From Anaerolineales bacterium (GTDB taxonomy: Bacteria; Chloroflexota; Anaerolineae; Anaerolineales; Villigracilaceae), in the NCBI GenBank assembly GCA_049514195.1, contig JBEKVG010000001.1, positions 1-27,612 on the forward strand: a stretch of DNA of 27,612 nucleotides, written 5' to 3'. Each line of letters opens with the position of its first letter. The stretch's first letter is position 1. Position numbers and translations under genes: made by a program. This document shows positions 23,664-27,612 of the stretch, piece after piece. The notes under the pieces were generated by a model. The model did not search any database. It saw nothing but the letters and a program-made list of their open reading frames with translations, and was not told the origin of the DNA.

Positions 23664-24796
23664 AGTATCTCGACGAATACCGGGATGCAGACCTGACCCG
23701 GAAACTGCTCGCCAATATCCAGAAAACCGTCACCCGCCCGTGGACTCTTATGGAAGTCTGCGGCGGGCAGACACATTCCATCCTCAAATCCGGGCTGGAT
23801 CAGATGCTTCCGGCTGAGATCAACCTTATCCACGGGCCTGGCTGCCCGGTCTGTGTGACACCGCTTGAGCTGGTGGACAAGGCCATCGCCCTGGCCTCCC
23901 GCCCGGATGTGATCTTCACTTCTTTTGGTGATATGCTGCGCGTACCCGGTTCGAGCTGTGACCTGTTTGCCGTGAAAGCCGCTGGTGGGGATGTCCGCAT
24001 CGTCTACTCCCCGCTGGATGCTTTGATGGTTGCCCGGGACAACCCCCAGAAGACCGTCATCTTCTTCGCCATCGGCTTCGAGACGACTGCCCCGGCTAAC
24101 GCCATGGCAGTTCTCCAGGCCAGGGTGCAGAACCTCTCCAATTTTGCCGTGCTGGTTTCGCACGTGACCGTCCCAGCGGCGATTGCTGCCCTGATGGATT
24201 CGCCCGAAGTGCAGGTGGATGGTTTCCTGGCCGCCGGTCATGTCTGCACAGTTATGGGTTACTGGGAGTATGAGCCACTTGCCTCGAAGTATCACATCCC
24301 CATCGTGGTGACCGGCTTCGAGCCGGTCGACATCCTCCATGGGATTCTTGCTTGTGTACAAAAATTGGAAGCGGGTACCTGCCAGGTCCGAAACGCCTAT
24401 GCCCGCTCGGTAACGCGGAAAGGCAACGGACCTGCACAGGCAGTAATCCGGGAGGTTTTTGAGATGACCGACCGGGCCTGGCGCGGCATTGGTGTTATCC
24501 CCATGTCGGGTTACCGCTTGAGGAATGAGTTCGCCCTCTTCGACGCCGAGCAGCGCTTCCCAGAAGTACAATCCATTGAGACACATGAAAGCCCCCTGTG
24601 CATCAGCGGGCTGGTGCTGCAGGGACGTAAAAAGCCCAGGGAGTGCCTTGCGTTCGGACGGGAATGCACTCCGCAGACGCCGCTCGGCGCAACCATGGTC
24701 TCCTCCGAGGGCGCCTGCGCGGCATATTACCGGTACGGGCGGTATAAACCGGAGATACCCTACGGGTACGATGTGAACAAAGATGAACGAGAATAA
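23660..24796 (+). CDS. hypD: Hydrogenase maturation protein HypD, 378 aa
   Basis: [52 protein letters not shown]. Confidence 0.97.
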   Translation: MKYLDEYRDADLTRKLLANIQKTVTRPWTLMEVCGGQTHSILKSGLDQMLPAEINLIHGPGCPVCVTPLELVDKAIALASRPDVIFTSFGDMLRVPGSSCDLFAVKAAGGDVRIVYSPLDALMVARDNPQKTVIFFAIGFETTAPANAMAVLQARVQNLSNFAVLVSHVTVPAAIAALMDSPEVQVDGFLAAGHVCTVMGYWEYEPLASKYHIPIVVTGFEPVDILHGILACVQKLEAGTCQVRNAYARSVTRKGNGPAQAVIREVFEMTDRAWRGIGVIPMSGYRLRNEFALFDAEQRFPEVQSIETHESPLCISGLVLQGRKKPRECLAFGRECTPQTPLGATMVSSEGACAAYYRYGRYKPEIPYGYDVNKDERE

Positions 24797-25856
24797 GGAG
24801 AAATTGAATTTGCTCGGGTGGACATGCCCGCGGCCTCTCCAAAACTACCCGACCATCGTGATGGGGCACGGCGCGGGTGGGCGGATGATGGCTGACCTGA
24901 TTGAACACCTGTTCGCGCCCGCTTTCAACAATGAGTGGCTAGCTCAAATGGGCGATTCCACCGTTTTTGAGCTTTCAGCTTTCAGCTTTCAGCAGTTGGC
25001 TTTCACTACCGATTCCTTTGTGGTCAGCCCGTTGTTCTTTCCCGGTGGAAACATCGGCGATCTGTCTGTCTATGGCACCGTCAATGATCTGGCCATGCGT
25101 GGAGCAAAGCCGCTCTTTCTCTCGGCGGGTTTCATCCTGGAAGAGGGCCTACCCATGGAAACACTCGGCAACGTTGTGACCGCCATGGCACAGGCCTGCA
25201 GGAAAGCCGGTGTGAAAGTTGTCACCGGTGATACAAAAGTCGTTCAGAAGGGTCACGGCGACGGCATGTATATCAACACTTCCGGCATCGGCGCCATCCC
25301 AACCGGGGTGGATATCGGCCCCGCCAACGCCCGTCCCGGCGACGCCGTTCTGGTCAGCGGGACGATCGGCGACCACGGCATTGCCATCATGTCAGTTCGT
25401 GAGGGGCTGACTTTTCAAACTGAGACCCAGTCTGACACTGCCCCGCTGAACGGGTTAGTCGAAACGATGATTGAGGCAGGAAAAATCCATTGTCTGCGGG
25501 ATGCCACCCGTGGCGGGCTGGCCGCTGTGCTGAATGATCTGGCCGGTTCCTCCAAAGTAGGCATCGAATTCGACGAGCGCAAGGTGCCGCTGCGACCGGA
25601 GGTCGACGCCGCCTGCGAGATGCTCGGCCTGGACCCATTCTATGTGGCTAACGAGGGCAAATTGGTGGCAATCGTTCCGGATGAGGCTGCGGAGCAGATA
25701 CTGGCCGCCATGCACCAGCATGAGTATGGCAAAGAGGCCGCTATCATTGGTAAAGTGGTGAAATCCCATCCCGGCCTGGTCACAGCCAGGACCTCCATCG
25801 GCGGGATGCGCGTGGTAGATGTTCCAGCCGGGGAATTGCTGCCGAGGATCTGCTAA
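24783..25856 (+). CDS. hypE: Carbamoyl dehydratase HypE, 357 aa
   Basis: [43 protein letters not shown]-terminal PRIC. Confidence 0.97.
   Translation: MNENKEKLNLLGWTCPRPLQNYPTIVMGHGAGGRMMADLIEHLFAPAFNNEWLAQMGDSTVFELSAFSFQQLAFTTDSFVVSPLFFPGGNIGDLSVYGTVNDLAMRGAKPLFLSAGFILEEGLPMETLGNVVTAMAQACRKAGVKVVTGDTKVVQKGHGDGMYINTSGIGAIPTGVDIGPANARPGDAVLVSGTIGDHGIAIMSVREGLTFQTETQSDTAPLNGLVETMIEAGKIHCLRDATRGGLAAVLNDLAGSSKVGIEFDERKVPLRPEVDAACEMLGLDPFYVANEGKLVAIVPDEAAEQILAAMHQHEYGKEAAIIGKVVKSHPGLVTARTSIGGMRVVDVPAGELLPRIC
24971..24991 (+). repeat. Heptamer tandem repeat (GCTTTCA)x3 inside hypE
   Basis: Three perfect copies (21 nt, frame-preserving) within the segment encoding ELSAFSFQ. Confidence 0.85.
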
Positions 25857-25867
25857 AAAACATACTA

Positions 25868-26728
25868 TCACCCTTTAACCGCCCCCGCCGTCAGGCCGCT
25901 GACAATATAACGCTGGAAAATGAACGCCAGGAGCACGGGTGGCAGAGCTGCCATGATGCCGCCTGCCATCATGCCATTGATATTAACGGCATAGCGCCCG
26001 ACAAACTCGGCAATGGCCACCGGCACTGTCTTCGAAGCCAGAGTACTGGTAAAGATCAAGGCGTAGAAAAATTCATCCCAGGCCAGCAGGAATGTGAACA
26101 TGGCTGTGGAGACCAACCCTGGTACCGAGATGGGCATCACCACTCGGAACAATATGCCCAGGCGTGTGCAACCATCCATGCGGGCTGCATCCTCCAATTC
26201 AATCGGGACGGATTGGAAGAAAGCCGCCATCATCCAAATGGCATACGGCAGGGCAAAGCTCAGATAGGTCACAATTAAGACAATTGGCTTGTTGATCAAC
26301 CCCAAACTGGAAGCGATAATAAACAGAGGCAATATCAGGGAGACTTCCGGGATCATCCGAGTGGCAATGATTCCAAGTTGAATCGTGCGATTGAACCGGA
26401 AGGGGATCCGTACCAAAGCATAAGCCGCCAGGCTTCCGATCACAATGGAAATCACTGTCACAGCGGAGGCGATCTTGAAGGAATTTAATAATGCCACCGC
26501 AAAAGTGCGCGGCACCGATGATGTGGCCAGGTTTGGGAAGATGATTTCCAGATAATTCTTCAGGGTCGGGTGCAGCGGAATCCAATGTATGGGAATTGCA
26601 TATAATTCCGCCTGCGTGGATAGGCTGGCGCTGACCAGCCAGAGAATGGGAAAGAATATGAAGAAGAAGACAGGTAAGGTCAGCATGGATAATAATAGCT
26701 TGCGGAGGATTTTATGGGAATAGGTCAT
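25868..26728 (-). CDS. Carbohydrate ABC transporter permease (MalG-like), 286 aa
   Basis: EAA loop ELEDAARMDGC..LPLSVP-type VVMPISVPGL, FLLAWDEF. ATGA overlap with the upstream permease sets the start at 26728. Confidence 0.93.
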   Translation of the reverse strand: MTYSHKILRKLLLSMLTLPVFFFIFFPILWLVSASLSTQAELYAIPIHWIPLHPTLKNYLEIIFPNLATSSVPRTFAVALLNSFKIASAVTVISIVIGSLAAYALVRIPFRFNRTIQLGIIATRMIPEVSLILPLFIIASSLGLINKPIVLIVTYLSFALPYAIWMMAAFFQSVPIELEDAARMDGCTRLGILFRVVMPISVPGLVSTAMFTFLLAWDEFFYALIFTSTLASKTVPVAIAEFVGRYAVNINGMMAGGIMAALPPVLLAFIFQRYIVSGLTAGAVKG

Positions 26729-27612
26729 TGGATTTCCTCCGGGCGGTATAAGAAACGGATGAAGATCAGCGCCATGCATATCGTGAAGAAGGAGATCAGG
26801 AACGACAGGGCTGCGCCAGTACCCTGTTTTCCCCAGGGGAAAGAGTTCAGGTATGTCAGATACGTTATCGTCAGGGTTTTGTTGGCTGGCCCGCTGTTGG
26901 TAATGATATAGACGATATCAAACACACGGAAGGCATCCACGGTACGGGCAATCAATGCCACCAGGATGGCCGGACGGAGCAAAGGAATGCGGATCTTCCA
27001 GAAACGCTGCCAGGCATTCGCGCCATCCACGGCGGCTGCCTCGTCAAGTTCCATGGGCAGGGTTGCCAGAGCCGCCTGCAATATCAGCGCCACGAACGGC
27101 AGCATGTGCCAGGCATCCGCCATGATGACCAACGGCATGGCCAGGTTCGGCAGGGTCAGCCAGGCGATATAGTGTTTAATCAATCCCAACTGCATCAGCA
27201 GGCCATTCAATGCCCCAAAATCCCCATTGTAGATCCAGCGCCACATAGCCCCGTTGACGATCGTCGGTATCGCCCAGGGAATGATCAAACTGAAGCGCAG
27301 GAACTTCCACCCCCAAGGATGAGAAGTGATCAACTGGGCAATTGCCATTCCCCCCACCATTTCCAGTCCCACCGAGACAACCGTAAAATACATCGTACGC
27401 TCGATGGTTTCCCAGAAAGTCTGATCCTGGATCATGTCTAGGTAATTGCCTAGACCCACAAAAGTTCTTACCTGGTTGATGCCGGTGGGTGCCCGGAAGA
27501 AACTTAGGATAAATGTGTAGATGATTGGCCACAAAGTCACTCCCAGGATCACCACCAGGCTTGGAATGATCAAAAACCAGGCAGTGCGGGCATCCTGTGC
27601 CCGCAAAGAGAG
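26725..27612 (-). CDS. Carbohydrate ABC transporter permease (MalF-like), probably 5'-truncated by the window edge
   Basis: FVGLGNY, PWAIPTIV, EAA loop ELDEAAAVDGANAWQRFWKI.IPLLRP. The frame is open to the window end; TTG27606 is a possible start. Confidence 0.92.
   Translation of the reverse strand, partial: LSLRAQDARTAWFLIIPSLVVILGVTLWPIIYTFILSFFRAPTGINQVRTFVGLGNYLDMIQDQTFWETIERTMYFTVVSVGLEMVGGMAIAQLITSHPWGWKFLRFSLIIPWAIPTIVNGAMWRWIYNGDFGALNGLLMQLGLIKHYIAWLTLPNLAMPLVIMADAWHMLPFVALILQAALATLPMELDEAAAVDGANAWQRFWKIRIPLLRPAILVALIARTVDAFRVFDIVYIITNSGPANKTLTITYLTYLNSFPWGKQGTGAALSFLISFFTICMALIFIRFLYRPEEIQ

Noticed and set aside
1-27612. CRISPR array, rRNA, transposase, integron or prophage genes
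   Set aside because: No regularly spaced repeats, rRNA-like sequence, recombinase or phage motifs were found by inspection.

Overview
A 27.6 kb bacterial chromosomal window of mostly housekeeping and cell-envelope genes. Gene content and intergenic repeats suggest Chloroflexota, probably Anaerolineae (inference). In order: SWIM-finger microprotein; Tat-exported L,D-transpeptidase; solitary beta-class DNA methyltransferase; atypical OmpR-family regulator; ATP-cone/uridine-kinase-like fusion; a 6S-like structured ncRNA candidate; a 62-aa orphan; tRNA-Gln(CTG); YwaF-like membrane protein; a three-gene LiaF-like membrane operon behind an ECF-type promoter; NifU-type and cNMP-binding genes; an ECF sigma/zinc anti-sigma/TlpA/OsmC operon; three tandem lipoproteins combining LysM with a LasA-like (M23A) peptidase; a ROK sugar kinase remnant; DinB, ftcD, transglutaminase-like and aminotransferase genes; a PAP2-family gene; a hypA-hypC-hypD-hypE cluster with a palindromic element where hypB usually lies; and two sugar ABC permeases, the last cut by the window edge. 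No CRISPR array, rRNA, transposase or phage genes were seen. Strongest leads: the LasA-like triplet (one copy has a catalytic His-to-Asn change), the ncRNA candidate, the pseudo-receiver regulator and the ATP-cone kinase.
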